Shown: positions 25,692-35,707, counted from the first letter of the stretch. The stretch is 64,000 nucleotides of DNA from Vicinamibacterales bacterium (GCA_036497895.1 DASXIR010000153.1:209-64208), one strand, 5' to 3'. Numbers and translations: made by a program. Notes: generated by a model not told the origin, from the sequence alone.

Positions 25692-27216
25692 AGCGCTCGA
25701 CGTCGTCCGCACGCCGGCGCCATGGCCAGATAGCCCGCAGGACACGCAACAGCGCCTTGCCGCCGTCGCTCGCGACGTGCGCGAACTCGCCAGCGCCGAA
25801 GGCGCATCGGCGGAATTGCTGCAGATCCTGCCCGAGCTCGGCCCGGTGTTCTCTGGATTCGCGCGCTTCCTCTCGACGCGTGCGGATGTCGTGCCCGCCG
25901 GACTGCGTTCCGACCTCGCCACCGTCGCCGATCACGTCAACCCGGCGCCCTTCGCCGAAGTTCGCGAAGTGGTCGAAGCGGCGTGGCATCTCGGCGTCAA
26001 CGATGTCTGTTTCGGATTCGAGGAATCGCCGACCGAGACGCGTTTTCCGGCCCAGTCGCACCGCGCCTTCCTGACACCGACCGATTCGGTGATCGTGACG
26101 TGCGTGCCGCCGTCATTCGAAACACGCGCCGAGCGCGAGCTTCAACAGCTGCCGGTGTTGGCCCAAGCCCTGGCCGCAACCGTCGGCGGCACCGACAGCT
26201 TCAAGGCGCTGATCGACGACTACCGGGCGCTGATGCGCCGGTTTCTCGACCTTGCAGACGATGTGGCGGCGAGCGAGGCGCTGGTGGCGGACGCGCGGCG
26301 CTTTCCGCCGCTGCGTTCAAGGCGTCCGCATCCGGGATTGTCGTCGCGACGCGTGGCGGTATGGGACGACATCGCCTCCGTCACGCCCGATACGCCGGGA
26401 TTCGATCGCGAGGAAGCCGGACCAAGCGTCTGCCGCGCGTGGCTGCGCCAGGCGCTGCTCGGACGCACGTTTCCGGAAGAATCAATTCCGGCCGATTTCA
26501 TCATCTGCGGACGCCGGCAGGTCGCGATCGGCGGCCGGCTGTTCGCGACGCTCACCTCCGACGCGCAGGTGACCATTCAGGGATACCTTGTGGCCACCGC
26601 CGCCGGCGATCCCGATCTGGCGATCAAATACCTGACTCGAGAGCTCGTGCCCGGTCGCTCAGCCGATTCCGCCGGTTTCGGGCGACGGATGCGCCACGCC
26701 TGGAGCGTGGATTCGGACGCCGCCGGCGGCAGCGAGCTGATGGCGCAGCTGCTGCTCCACTGGCGCATCGCCGTCGAGCACGGCTATCAACCCAAGCCGC
26801 GACTGGTGTCGTTTTATCGCGGCTGTCTGGCAGCCGTCAGCGCGGCCACGGCGCTCGGCGGCGAAGCCGACATGCTGCGTGATGCGCTCGAAGCACTGCA
26901 GATTCGTCTGATGGCGTTTCAGCTGGAAACGCTGACCGGCATCACCTCCTCTGCCGCGCGCACCGTGCGCGAGGCCGGCTGGCGATTTCTGACCGCGATC
27001 TCGTCTGGTCCCATCAGTCCTGATCGTCCGATATTCGGCGGGTCAGGATTGTCGATGGCCGTCGCCGGTTCGTTGCTCCTTGCGTTGACCGCGATCGGTA
27101 TCGCTCTTCCGGCATTTGTGGCGTCGGGCTCCCAGTGGGCCGACCCGGCCGGCGCGCTGGTCTTTGCGGTGCTCGGTGCCGTCACCCTCTTTCTGATCCT
27201 TCGGAGGCGAAGCTGA
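25684..27216 (+). CDS. ABC1-derived pseudokinase-like protein, C-terminal TM hairpin
   Basis: 510 aa. The N-terminal ELGPVFSGFARFLSTRADVVP aligns with the ABC1 KxGQ region. However, KxGQ is replaced by SGFAR, VAVK by VIVT, HADLHPAN by ESIPADF, and DFG is absent. It overlaps the kinase gene by 8 nt. Confidence 0.6.
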   Translation: MSEALDVVRTPAPWPDSPQDTQQRLAAVARDVRELASAEGASAELLQILPELGPVFSGFARFLSTRADVVPAGLRSDLATVADHVNPAPFAEVREVVEAAWHLGVNDVCFGFEESPTETRFPAQSHRAFLTPTDSVIVTCVPPSFETRAERELQQLPVLAQALAATVGGTDSFKALIDDYRALMRRFLDLADDVAASEALVADARRFPPLRSRRPHPGLSSRRVAVWDDIASVTPDTPGFDREEAGPSVCRAWLRQALLGRTFPEESIPADFIICGRRQVAIGGRLFATLTSDAQVTIQGYLVATAAGDPDLAIKYLTRELVPGRSADSAGFGRRMRHAWSVDSDAAGGSELMAQLLLHWRIAVEHGYQPKPRLVSFYRGCLAAVSAATALGGEADMLRDALEALQIRLMAFQLETLTGITSSAARTVREAGWRFLTAISSGPISPDRPIFGGSGLSMAVAGSLLLALTAIGIALPAFVASGSQWADPAGALVFAVLGAVTLFLILRRRS

Positions 27217-27245
27217 CGGCGGAACCGCGATCGGTCATCGCGCTG

Positions 27246-28220
27246 GTGCGCACCCGCGGGTGGCACGCCTATGTCGTCCTGTGCCTCGTCGTCTGGGCGG
27301 TCATCGTGTCGATGCCAGGCAACTGGCTGCTTGCGATCGCCCACTGGCCGATGGCGCTGGTCATGATCGGCGGATCGCTCGTCGCCGGCTCGACGCCGAT
27401 GGGCGGCGGCACGATTGCGTTTCCGGCGCTGGTTCTGGGTTTTCACAGGACGCCGGTGATGGCGCGCGATTTCGGTCTGGCGATTCAATCCACCGGCATG
27501 ACCTCGGCGCTGTTGTTCATCGTGAAACGCGGGATTCCGGTCGAGAAACGTCTGCTGGTCTGGTCGTGCATCGGTGCCGTGATTGGTTTGACGTTCGGTA
27601 CCTTCGTCCTCGCGACACGTGTACCGGCCGATTGGGTGAAGCTGCTGTTTGCGACGCTCTGGCTGACGTTCGGCTCGTGGCTGGTCACCGGAACGGCAAA
27701 GGCCACGTCTGAGCCGCGTGGATCGACCGACGGACACAACGTTGTGCTCATCGGGCTGATCGTCGGGGCCCTCGGTGGCGCGGTGGCGGCGCTGATTGGT
27801 GTCGGCGTGGAGATGCTGGTCTACGCCACGCTGGTGCTGAGGTTCGGCTGGGGACCCAAGGCCGCCGTTCCGACCGCCGTGTGCACCACGGCGCTGGTGT
27901 CGCCGGTTGGTCTGCTGCTGCGCTACGTCACTTCCGGCATCAACCCGGGCGTGTTTCCGGACTGGATTGCCTGCGTGCCGATTGTGATCTTCGGCGCCCC
28001 GTTCGGCGCCTACATTTCGACCCGCATGCCGCGGTCGATGCTTCTGAAGCTGATCGGTGTGCTGGTCTTAGTACAATTCAGCGTCACCGTGAATCAGGTC
28101 CGGCCGTCGCTCGCGCTCTGGGGCGGAGTGGGGGCGCTGGCCGCGCTGGGTGGATTCGGACTCTGGCTGCTGGCACCGTCGGCGGCTCGACGGCCGGCGG
28201 CAGTGGTTTCGAGCATCTGA
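27246..28220 (+). CDS. TauE/SafE-type (DUF81) anion exporter family membrane protein
   Basis: Polytopic membrane protein. STPMGGGTIAFPALVLG matches the GGGxxxxPxL TauE motif. The start is uncertain: GTG 27246 is the first start after the upstream stop at 27216, and the track ORF opens at 27135. Confidence 0.7.
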   Translation: MRTRGWHAYVVLCLVVWAVIVSMPGNWLLAIAHWPMALVMIGGSLVAGSTPMGGGTIAFPALVLGFHRTPVMARDFGLAIQSTGMTSALLFIVKRGIPVEKRLLVWSCIGAVIGLTFGTFVLATRVPADWVKLLFATLWLTFGSWLVTGTAKATSEPRGSTDGHNVVLIGLIVGALGGAVAALIGVGVEMLVYATLVLRFGWGPKAAVPTAVCTTALVSPVGLLLRYVTSGINPGVFPDWIACVPIVIFGAPFGAYISTRMPRSMLLKLIGVLVLVQFSVTVNQVRPSLALWGGVGALAALGGFGLWLLAPSAARRPAAVVSSI

Positions 28221-28252
28221 ACTCGTTGGGCGCCCGGGAAGGAGATCGTCGG

Positions 28253-28822
28253 ATGGCTGCGGAAGAACGCGCTGAACAACGCATCGGAACCGTCCTGCCG
28301 GACGTGACGCTGGCGACAGTGACGCCACCCCACGACTCGTGGCGACTCCACGAGGCCGCAGGAAAGAGCCGCGGCGCGCTGCTCGTGATCTGGTCGAGCG
28401 TCTGTTCGCACTGCGCCCGCTACGACGAATACATGAACGCGTTCGCCTCGAACCATCCCGAAATCACCATGGTCGCCGTGGCATCGCGGCAAGGCGAAAC
28501 GGAGGACGAGGTCCGCAAGGCGATGGAGGCGCGTCGGTTGTCCTTTCCGGTCCTTTACGACACCGGGTCCGCGGTGGCGCGCCAGCTGTTCACGCAGCAG
28601 ACGCCGCGGGTGTTCCTCGTCGATGCCGACAGCCGGCTGGTATATCGTGGCGCCATCGACAATTTCAAGTACGCGGAAGACACCGAGTACGAGGCGTATC
28701 TGGAGCCGGCAATCAAGAGCTTGCTGGCGGGCGAACCGGTTGCCCGGCCGGACACACCCAGCTTCGGCTGCGCGATCGCGTCCGTCTACTACACGATTCC
28801 GCGACCCTTGAAGAAGGCCTGA
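28253..28822 (+). CDS. Thioredoxin-like (TlpA/redoxin-type) CxxC protein, paralogue of 23374..23931
   Basis: LVIWSSVCSHCARYD, QQTPRVFLVD..LVYRGAIDN, SFGCAI. SD GGAAGGAG lies upstream of ATG 28253. The track ORF 27881.. is an upstream extension overlapping the TauE-like gene. Confidence 0.8.
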   Translation: MAAEERAEQRIGTVLPDVTLATVTPPHDSWRLHEAAGKSRGALLVIWSSVCSHCARYDEYMNAFASNHPEITMVAVASRQGETEDEVRKAMEARRLSFPVLYDTGSAVARQLFTQQTPRVFLVDADSRLVYRGAIDNFKYAEDTEYEAYLEPAIKSLLAGEPVARPDTPSFGCAIASVYYTIPRPLKKA

Positions 28823-28829
28823 GGCGCCC

Positions 28830-31190
28830 ATGGCCAATCGATTCCAGACGACGATACGTGAATCCACCGACCTGATCGAAACAGGACTGCAGCTGATCGA
28901 CGGCCTGTTCCGGCAGGTGCGTTCCGCGTGGCGGCCAGAACCGGACAACGACGTCGCGGTGGACGCGTCCGGTCCGCGCAACGTCGACGGCGCGGTCTCG
29001 GAACTGAGCAATCGCATCACCCGCCTCAGCACGATGACCGCGCTCGAAGACGTGCCCTCGATGTGGCGCGAAGTGCTCGAGGACTCGCGCAGCTGCTTCA
29101 GCGAAGTCGAGGGTCCTCGCGGTCTCGGCTTTGGCGCCGAGGTGGCGCTGTCGAGTGGAATGCTGGCGACACAACAGGTGCTCCGCGGCCTCTCCAGCCA
29201 CTACACGTCGCCGGACGGCGCCTTCGGCACATTCGTCATCAACGTCCTCGAAGTGTTCGACGATGCCCATGTCTATGCGACGCTGCAGTATCGGGAACTG
29301 CTCGAGCGCTATCGTCAGCGGCTGGAAAGAAATCCCGGCGACGGCGCGGCGCGCATGGAACTGGCGCGAACGCTGATCAAGTGCGGGCTGTACCACGAGG
29401 CGATTCGCGAGCTCGAAATGGCACGCGGGGACGCGCGGATCCGTGCACAGGCGCTTCACGAGCTGTCGGTGGCGTCATTCCGGGCAGGACGGTTCACCGA
29501 CGCCGGCACCTACGCCCGCGAGGCCATGGAATTGAACGGCTCGCACGTCCGGACCCGGCTGCTGCTCTGGCTGGCGGCACAAAAGGGAAACGGCTACGCG
29601 CCCGACGTCCCGGCCGGGATGCGGATGCAGCTGCGTTCGGGTCAGCAGCCGACGCTGTTACGGCTCGAGGACATGGCGTCCAGGATCGGACTGGACAAGA
29701 CCAGCGGCGGGCGCGGCACGGCGGTATTCGATTACGACGGCGACGGCTACCTCGATGTGCTGGTCGCGGCGGCCCATGGCGGCTGCACGCTCTACAAGAA
29801 CAACGGTGACGGCACGTTCAGCGATGCGTCGATCTCTTCGGGCATGGACACCTGCCTGACAGCGTTCATCACCGCCATCGGCGACTACGACAACGACGGC
29901 AACCCGGACATCTTCGTCACCAGGAACGGCTTCTTCAGCGGCGGGTGCTCGCTCTACCGCAACAACGGCGACGGCACCTTCACTGATGTGACCGAGGGCT
30001 CCGGACTCGATGGCTGGGGCCCGGCGTTCACCGCATCGTGGGTGGACTACGATGGCGACGGCCGGCTGGATCTGTACGTGGCGTTCAACCTCGGCTCGCT
30101 GTTCGAGCGCAAAACCAAGAATCGCCTGTTCCACAACAACGGCGACGGGACCTTTACCGACGTCACCGATGCCGCGGGCCTCGTCACCAGCTGGCCGACC
30201 ATCGGCTCGTGCTGGGGCGACTACGACAACGACGGCCGTCCGGATCTGTTCGTCAGCAACTCGCTCGGCCGCTCGCAGCTCTTTCACAACAACGGCGACG
30301 GCACCTTCACCGAAGTCGGCCGCGAGGCCGGCATCGACATGTACGGCCTCGGCAGCATCTGCTACTTCATCGACTACGACAACGACGGCTGGCTCGACAT
30401 CGTGCAGAACGTCTGGTCCGATTCCGAAGACGTCATCCACACGATGCAGAACGGCGATGGTCCGCCCGACGGCCAGCCGATTCGGGTCTGGCGTAACAAC
30501 CGCGACGGCACGTTCTCGCAACGCAGCCGCGAGCTCGGGATCACTGGATGCTGGGGCAGCATGAGCGGCAACGCCGGCGACCTCAACAACGACGGCTACC
30601 AGGAAATCATCCTCGGCAACGGCAGCCCGCGCATGGAACGGGTCGAACCGCTCACCATTCTCGAGAGCGACGGCCGGAAATTCCATGACGTGACCTTCAC
30701 CGCCGGCTTGCCGATTACCGGCAAGTCGCACGGCGTCAACCTGGCGGACCTGCACGGCGATGGCCGCATGAGCCTGCTGGTCGCCAGCGGCGGCGCCTAT
30801 CCGGGCGACCTGTTGACCGTCGGCGCGTTCTGTCCAAAAGAGCGCGTCGGCCACTATCTGAACATCCGCCTGGTCGGCACCCGCAGCAACCGCAGCGCCA
30901 TCGGAGCGCGTGTCAAGATCGAAGCGGGCGGCCGCGATCAGCATCGCCTCGTCTCCGGCGGATCGCAGTTCGGCTGTCTGCCGTTCGAGCAGCATTTCGG
31001 CCTCGGCCCGGTGACGCAAAGCATCGACGCGATCGAGATCTGGTGGCCGAGCGGTCTGCGCCAGCGCATCGCCGGCCCGATCGCCGCCAACAACACGATT
31101 CGGATCACCGAAGGCGACGACCGGTTCGAGGACGTCTACAAACCGCGCGGAGTCAGGGTCGGCGGCGGGCGGCAACTGGAGCTGGCATAA
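28830..31190 (+). CDS. CRTAC1-family protein (helical/TPR-like N-domain, FG-GAP/VCBS repeats, ASPIC/UnbV), paralogue of 21020..23374
   Basis: 786 aa with the same architecture. By eye, well over half of the positions in the propeller/UnbV part are identical to the paralogue (e.g. GLDKTSGGRGTA, GRSQLFHNNG, GGSQFGCLPFEQHFGLG). No signal peptide. Confidence 0.85.
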   Translation: MANRFQTTIRESTDLIETGLQLIDGLFRQVRSAWRPEPDNDVAVDASGPRNVDGAVSELSNRITRLSTMTALEDVPSMWREVLEDSRSCFSEVEGPRGLGFGAEVALSSGMLATQQVLRGLSSHYTSPDGAFGTFVINVLEVFDDAHVYATLQYRELLERYRQRLERNPGDGAARMELARTLIKCGLYHEAIRELEMARGDARIRAQALHELSVASFRAGRFTDAGTYAREAMELNGSHVRTRLLLWLAAQKGNGYAPDVPAGMRMQLRSGQQPTLLRLEDMASRIGLDKTSGGRGTAVFDYDGDGYLDVLVAAAHGGCTLYKNNGDGTFSDASISSGMDTCLTAFITAIGDYDNDGNPDIFVTRNGFFSGGCSLYRNNGDGTFTDVTEGSGLDGWGPAFTASWVDYDGDGRLDLYVAFNLGSLFERKTKNRLFHNNGDGTFTDVTDAAGLVTSWPTIGSCWGDYDNDGRPDLFVSNSLGRSQLFHNNGDGTFTEVGREAGIDMYGLGSICYFIDYDNDGWLDIVQNVWSDSEDVIHTMQNGDGPPDGQPIRVWRNNRDGTFSQRSRELGITGCWGSMSGNAGDLNNDGYQEIILGNGSPRMERVEPLTILESDGRKFHDVTFTAGLPITGKSHGVNLADLHGDGRMSLLVASGGAYPGDLLTVGAFCPKERVGHYLNIRLVGTRSNRSAIGARVKIEAGGRDQHRLVSGGSQFGCLPFEQHFGLGPVTQSIDAIEIWWPSGLRQRIAGPIAANNTIRITEGDDRFEDVYKPRGVRVGGGRQLELA

Positions 31191-31238
31191 CCGGGCTCGT
31201 GGCTCGTAAAACGCCGAACTGTTCGTGATCCTCCAGCC

Positions 31239-32636
31239 ATGACCAACCCCGATCAGGCGCTCCAGGCACAACTGCGCGGCACCTTGCTCCGTCCTGGCGA
31301 CGGCGGCTACGACGATTCGCGCACCATCTGGAACGGAATGATCGATCGCCGTCCCGCGCTCGTCGCCCGATGCGTCGGTGTCGGCGACGTGGTCGCTTGC
31401 GTTCGCTTCGCGCGCGAGCAGCGGATGCCGCTGTCGATCAAGGGCGGCGGCCACAACATCGCAGGCCTCGCGGTCTGCGACGACGGGCTGATGATCGACA
31501 TGTCGCTGATGCGCGGCGTCTGGGTCGATCCGATCGGCCAGGTCGCGCGCGCCCAGGGCGGCTGCACACTCGGCGATCTCGATCGCGAGGCGCAGCTGCA
31601 TGGGCTCGCCGCGGTGCTGGGGTTCGTGTCGCAGACCGGCATCGGCGGCCTCACCCTGGGCGGTGGGTTCGGTTACCTGACCCGGCGCTTCGGCTGGGCT
31701 TGCGACAACATCCTCTCGGCCGAAGTCGTGACCGCCGACGGACGCGTCGTCAGAGCCAGCGAGCGCGAGAACGGCGAGCTGTTCTGGGGGCTCCGTGGCG
31801 GCGGCAGCAACTTCGGCATCGTCACCAGCATCGAATACCGGATGCATCGCGTCGGACCCGAGATTTACGGCGGCGTGATCGCGTGGCCGGCCGATCGGGC
31901 GGGGGCAGTCTTCGAGACGCTTCAGCGTGTTTTTGAGGACGCACCTGCCGAGTTGTCGTGCGTCCCGCTGATGCGAAACGCTCCGGCGGCGCCGTGGCTG
32001 AACCCGGACATCCACGGCAAAGCGATCGTGGCGTTGTTCGTCTGCTACTCCGGCGCAATCGCGGACGGGGAAAAGGTGCTCGCACCGCTCAAAGCGGTCG
32101 GCTCGCCGGCCGGCGACGTCGTTAAAAACCGGACCTATGTCTCGCAGCAGAGCCTGCTCGACGCGACGCAGCCCAGAGGCCGGCGCTATTACTGGAAGTC
32201 CGAGTATCTACCGGGCATCACACCCGAGATTCTCGGAAAGCTTCGCGAACACTCGGCGCGGGTGACGTCGCCGCATTCGGCGATCCTGATTTTCCCGATC
32301 GACGGCCGCCTGAACACACTGTCGACGAATCATTCGGCGGTCGGCAACCGCGACGCCAGGGCCGTGTTCAACATTCAGGGCTCGTGGGAACGGCCGGAAG
32401 ACGATGCGGTGAATATCGAGTGGGCGCGCAGCGCGTGGCGGGACATCAGGCCGTTCTCGACGGGCGGGACGTACGTCAACTTCCTGACCGAGGAAGAGGG
32501 CGACGATCGTACCCGCGCCGCCTACGGCGCGAACTACGATCGTCTCGTCGAGGTGAAGACCAAGTGGGATCCGGACAACCTGTTCACGAGCAACAAGAAC
32601 ATCGCGCCGGCACGACCTCCTCACAGTCGCATCTAG
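31239..32636 (+). CDS. FAD-linked oxidase with a berberine-bridge-enzyme (BBE) C-terminal domain
   Basis: 465 aa. LSIKGGGHNIAG (FAD_binding_4 with the His used for covalent FAD in this family). C-terminal YVNFL..YGANYDRLVEVKTKWDPDNLF (BBE domain). Confidence 0.85.
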   Translation: MTNPDQALQAQLRGTLLRPGDGGYDDSRTIWNGMIDRRPALVARCVGVGDVVACVRFAREQRMPLSIKGGGHNIAGLAVCDDGLMIDMSLMRGVWVDPIGQVARAQGGCTLGDLDREAQLHGLAAVLGFVSQTGIGGLTLGGGFGYLTRRFGWACDNILSAEVVTADGRVVRASERENGELFWGLRGGGSNFGIVTSIEYRMHRVGPEIYGGVIAWPADRAGAVFETLQRVFEDAPAELSCVPLMRNAPAAPWLNPDIHGKAIVALFVCYSGAIADGEKVLAPLKAVGSPAGDVVKNRTYVSQQSLLDATQPRGRRYYWKSEYLPGITPEILGKLREHSARVTSPHSAILIFPIDGRLNTLSTNHSAVGNRDARAVFNIQGSWERPEDDAVNIEWARSAWRDIRPFSTGGTYVNFLTEEEGDDRTRAAYGANYDRLVEVKTKWDPDNLFTSNKNIAPARPPHSRI

Positions 32637-32656
32637 CGCGGGCCTAAGGCCCGCGC
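32636..32656. terminator. Perfect hairpin between convergent genes
   Basis: GCGCGGGCC-taa-GGCCCGCGC, a 9-bp stem. It starts at the last base of the BBE-oxidase stop and ends 11 nt from the porin stop. There is no T-tract on either side. Confidence 0.45.
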
Positions 32657-32666
32657 CACTTGTCGA

Positions 32667-34187
32667 TCAGAACCTGATCAACCACTCCAAATACGCGAGA
32701 TGCCCGCCGCCACTGGTCGGAAAAATAGTGTGCGCGACGTCGCCGCTGTGGGCGTACGCGTAATAGAGCGTCAGCGCGACGTGTGGGTTGATGGTGATGT
32801 CGCCCTGAACGTCATAGAGTGTCGCCAGGCTGGTGTGTCCATTCGACGTCCGGCCGTTGAAGCCGAATGAGTTCGGCTGAAATGCACCGCCGCCCGAATA
32901 CCAGAGGTCGTGGCTGTCGGCGAGGCTCAGCGCGTGAACATCGCTGCGGATTGTGAAGCGGCTGACCGGCCGGACGATCAGCTCGCCGAACGCATCCACG
33001 TTGTTCATCATGTTGAAAAACGGCATGCGCGCGTAGATACGCGCCGTCGGCAGCACCTGGAAGTACGTGCCGTGCTTGCCGTCGGTAGGATTGCTGTCAC
33101 CAGACGAGTAGTCGTAGCCGGCGCGGATCCACGGCTTCAAGCTCGGAAGGCCCGAGGGCTGCCAGCCGATCTCCGCCGCCATTGCCCCGGCCCGATGTGA
33201 CAGCGTGCCCCACGAGCCGGTCTGCAGCACGCCCCAGAACATCAGGTCGACCGGGCCGGCCGGCGTGGCCGCCAGCTGCAGGAAATTTCCGCCGTAAGTG
33301 CCGATGTTGATGTTCTCGGTGTCTGCCGCCTTCGCCGCCGCCGGGCGGTTATCGGTCTTCACCAGGCCGCTGCCGTAGGCACGGTAGTCGTTGTAGCCGA
33401 GCGCGAAGACGCGCCACAGTGACGGATTTTTTTCGCTGCCGCCCTGACCGGTCAGCGCTCCGTAGAAGACGTTGATGTGCAGCTCGTTCCACCCGTTCAC
33501 CTGAAATACACCTTCGGTCGGGCGTGCTGCGACCGCGGTGAAATTCAGCTTGGGCGTGTTGAACACGTACTGTCCGCCGTCGAGACTGCGAAGCACGTCT
33601 GAGAAGCCGAAGTTTCCAAGCACGCGCTGGCTGATGCGGTCGCGATTGAGCGCCGCCAGTGTCCCGTTCTTCGGCGTGGTCTCCAGGCCGTCGTTGTACT
33701 CGAACCGTCCGACCTTCAGCGACTGCCCTGCGACACCACCGAGGCCCTTGAACCGAACGTAACCCTGCTTGAGGAAAATCGCCGCGGGGTTTTCGCTGTT
33801 GCTGTTCGCGGCGTAGTAGTTGGCGCCGAGGCCCAGTTGCCCCTGCGGCGGCGGCTGCACCGCGGTGGTGGGCAAATTGATCATGAACGGCACCTCGAAT
33901 TCGAGCTGCCAGTCATACGCCTTCTTTGTCTGCGTGACCCCGAAACGAATCTGTGTGCCCTGGTAGGTGTAGTTGCCGTCCGGTGTGTCGCCGAACCAAC
34001 CCCAGTCGTACGTGCGACTCCTGAGCGTGGTTGAGAACACGACATCGTTGCCTAGGTCGATCGCCGGCGGAGCCGGGGTCTGTGCCGATGCCGCAAGGCC
34101 TGAGCTAGCCAGCAACACGAGCGAAAGGGCAGATGTTCGAGAGCTACGTCGGAAGCGATTTGAGATCATGCTGGGGTTGTGACTCAT
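32667..34187 (-). CDS. Outer-membrane beta-barrel protein (alginate-export/AlgE-like porin candidate)
   Basis: Signal peptide ..SALSLVLLASSGLAASAQ. Alternating Gly/aromatic-rich strands and a C-terminal ..YLEWLIRF (terminal Phe). The track ORF runs to 35618, but that part is antisense to the ClC gene. The start is 34187 or 34169. Confidence 0.55.
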   Translation of the reverse strand: MSHNPSMISNRFRRSSRTSALSLVLLASSGLAASAQTPAPPAIDLGNDVVFSTTLRSRTYDWGWFGDTPDGNYTYQGTQIRFGVTQTKKAYDWQLEFEVPFMINLPTTAVQPPPQGQLGLGANYYAANSNSENPAAIFLKQGYVRFKGLGGVAGQSLKVGRFEYNDGLETTPKNGTLAALNRDRISQRVLGNFGFSDVLRSLDGGQYVFNTPKLNFTAVAARPTEGVFQVNGWNELHINVFYGALTGQGGSEKNPSLWRVFALGYNDYRAYGSGLVKTDNRPAAAKAADTENINIGTYGGNFLQLAATPAGPVDLMFWGVLQTGSWGTLSHRAGAMAAEIGWQPSGLPSLKPWIRAGYDYSSGDSNPTDGKHGTYFQVLPTARIYARMPFFNMMNNVDAFGELIVRPVSRFTIRSDVHALSLADSHDLWYSGGGAFQPNSFGFNGRTSNGHTSLATLYDVQGDITINPHVALTLYYAYAHSGDVAHTIFPTSGGGHLAYLEWLIRF

Positions 34188-34244
34188 TGCTAGTTTGAAA
34201 GCATTAAGGCGCGAGGGCGCCGCATCGGTCACAATAAGAGATCG

Positions 34245-35552
34245 ATGCCAATGACGCGCGTCCGGGGGTTTACGCGGCTGATGCTGGCCGCGATACTCGC
34301 CGGGCTGCTGTCGGGCCTGGGTTCGATCGCGTTCCACTACCTGGCTGACACGTTCGGCGACGAACTTTTTCACTGGGCCGAGACCAACGAGGTGCTGCAC
34401 CGGCTGCCCGTCGTGGTCATTGTTCCCACGCTCGGGCTGCTGCTGGTCGGGGCAGTCCTTCAGATGATTCCGGAAGCGCGCTTCGGTGGCGTGCCTGAGG
34501 TACTGGAAGCGATCGACCACAAGGGTGGCGTCGTTCGACCGATCCGACTGCTGAACATTTTCCTCAGCGGTCTGGTGCTGGCATTCGGCGGATCCGTCGG
34601 TCCGGAAGGCCCGATGGTTCAGCTCGGCGCTGTCGTCAGCAGTTGGGTTGGACAGCGATTTGGGCTGACGCGGGCCAACCTCCAAACCATCGTTCGAGCT
34701 GGAGCCGCCGCTGGCGTCGCGGCGGCGTTTCGGTCGCCGGCGGGCGGCGTGCTGTTGACGCTCGAGGTATTTGGCGCCCGGTTCAATCAGGATCTGACCG
34801 CGATCTCCGTCGCAGCCGGCATCGGTTATGTGACGCGCACTGCCATTCTCGGCGACGCGTACCCCTTCCGGCCAACGGTGCCGATGGAGAACGTGCCGCT
34901 CGCCGGACTGCTGCTCGTCGTCCCCGTGATGGGGTTGCTGGCAGCGCCCACCGGCCATCTCTTCATTCGGATGTTCGAACGTTTTCAGACGGTTTTTCCA
35001 AAACACTGGCCGCTGTCGATCAGGGTCGCCTTTGGCGGGCTTCTGGTCGGATTGATCGGCGTCTGGTTTCCTCAAGTGCTGTCGGCCGGATATCCGGTGA
35101 TCGACCGGGTCATTCACTCCGGCATGCCGTTCTACCTGCTGGTCACCCTGCTGCTGCTGAAGATGCTGGCGACGTCGATCACGTTTGGTTCGGGCGCGGT
35201 GGGCGGACTGTTCGCACCGACGTTGGTGATGGGCGCGCTCTATGGCGGAGCGATTGGCTACGGTGTTCACGCTCTGGCGCCGAACCTGGTGCCCCAGCCG
35301 GAATTGTTCGTGCTCCTCGGCATGGTGGTGATGTTCGGCTCCATCGTCAAAGGTTATTGGAGCGGCCTGCTGATGATCGCGGACCTCAGCGGCTGCTATC
35401 ACCAACTGCTGATGCCCGGCGTGATTGCCGGCGGCATCTCGTTCTTCTTCAGCTGGGAAATCTACGATCGTTCGATCTTCGGGCTCGCGATCGATCCCGC
35501 CAACTCCGGCAAGGCGCAGGAGGAGGAGGAGGAAGCGGTCGGCGTCGGCTGA
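34245..35552 (+). CDS. ClC-family chloride channel/transporter (short form, no CBS domains)
   Basis: 435 aa. GSVGPEGPMVQLGA (GxEGP selectivity motif with the gating Glu) and GAVGGLFAPTLVMGA (GxFxP). Confidence 0.85.
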   Translation: MPMTRVRGFTRLMLAAILAGLLSGLGSIAFHYLADTFGDELFHWAETNEVLHRLPVVVIVPTLGLLLVGAVLQMIPEARFGGVPEVLEAIDHKGGVVRPIRLLNIFLSGLVLAFGGSVGPEGPMVQLGAVVSSWVGQRFGLTRANLQTIVRAGAAAGVAAAFRSPAGGVLLTLEVFGARFNQDLTAISVAAGIGYVTRTAILGDAYPFRPTVPMENVPLAGLLLVVPVMGLLAAPTGHLFIRMFERFQTVFPKHWPLSIRVAFGGLLVGLIGVWFPQVLSAGYPVIDRVIHSGMPFYLLVTLLLLKMLATSITFGSGAVGGLFAPTLVMGALYGGAIGYGVHALAPNLVPQPELFVLLGMVVMFGSIVKGYWSGLLMIADLSGCYHQLLMPGVIAGGISFFFSWEIYDRSIFGLAIDPANSGKAQEEEEEAVGVG

Positions 35553-35707
35553 TCGGCGTCTACTCCGCAGACAATCCGCCAGGCTCGGACGTCCGCGGCT
35601 GGCTCTCTGACAGGTCACCGTTGAGGATCGCCGACCAGTTGACGTTGTCGCCGTTCACGTGGGAAACGACGCGGGTCCATCCGCGCGTCCCGAGCGGCGC
35701 TCGTCTG

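Noticed and set aside
32667-35618. 983-aa minus-strand ORF
   Set aside because: Only the C-terminal ~505 aa (from 34187) looks like a real protein, with a signal peptide and a beta-barrel. The N-terminal part is Arg/His/Gln-rich and lies antisense to the well-supported ClC gene.
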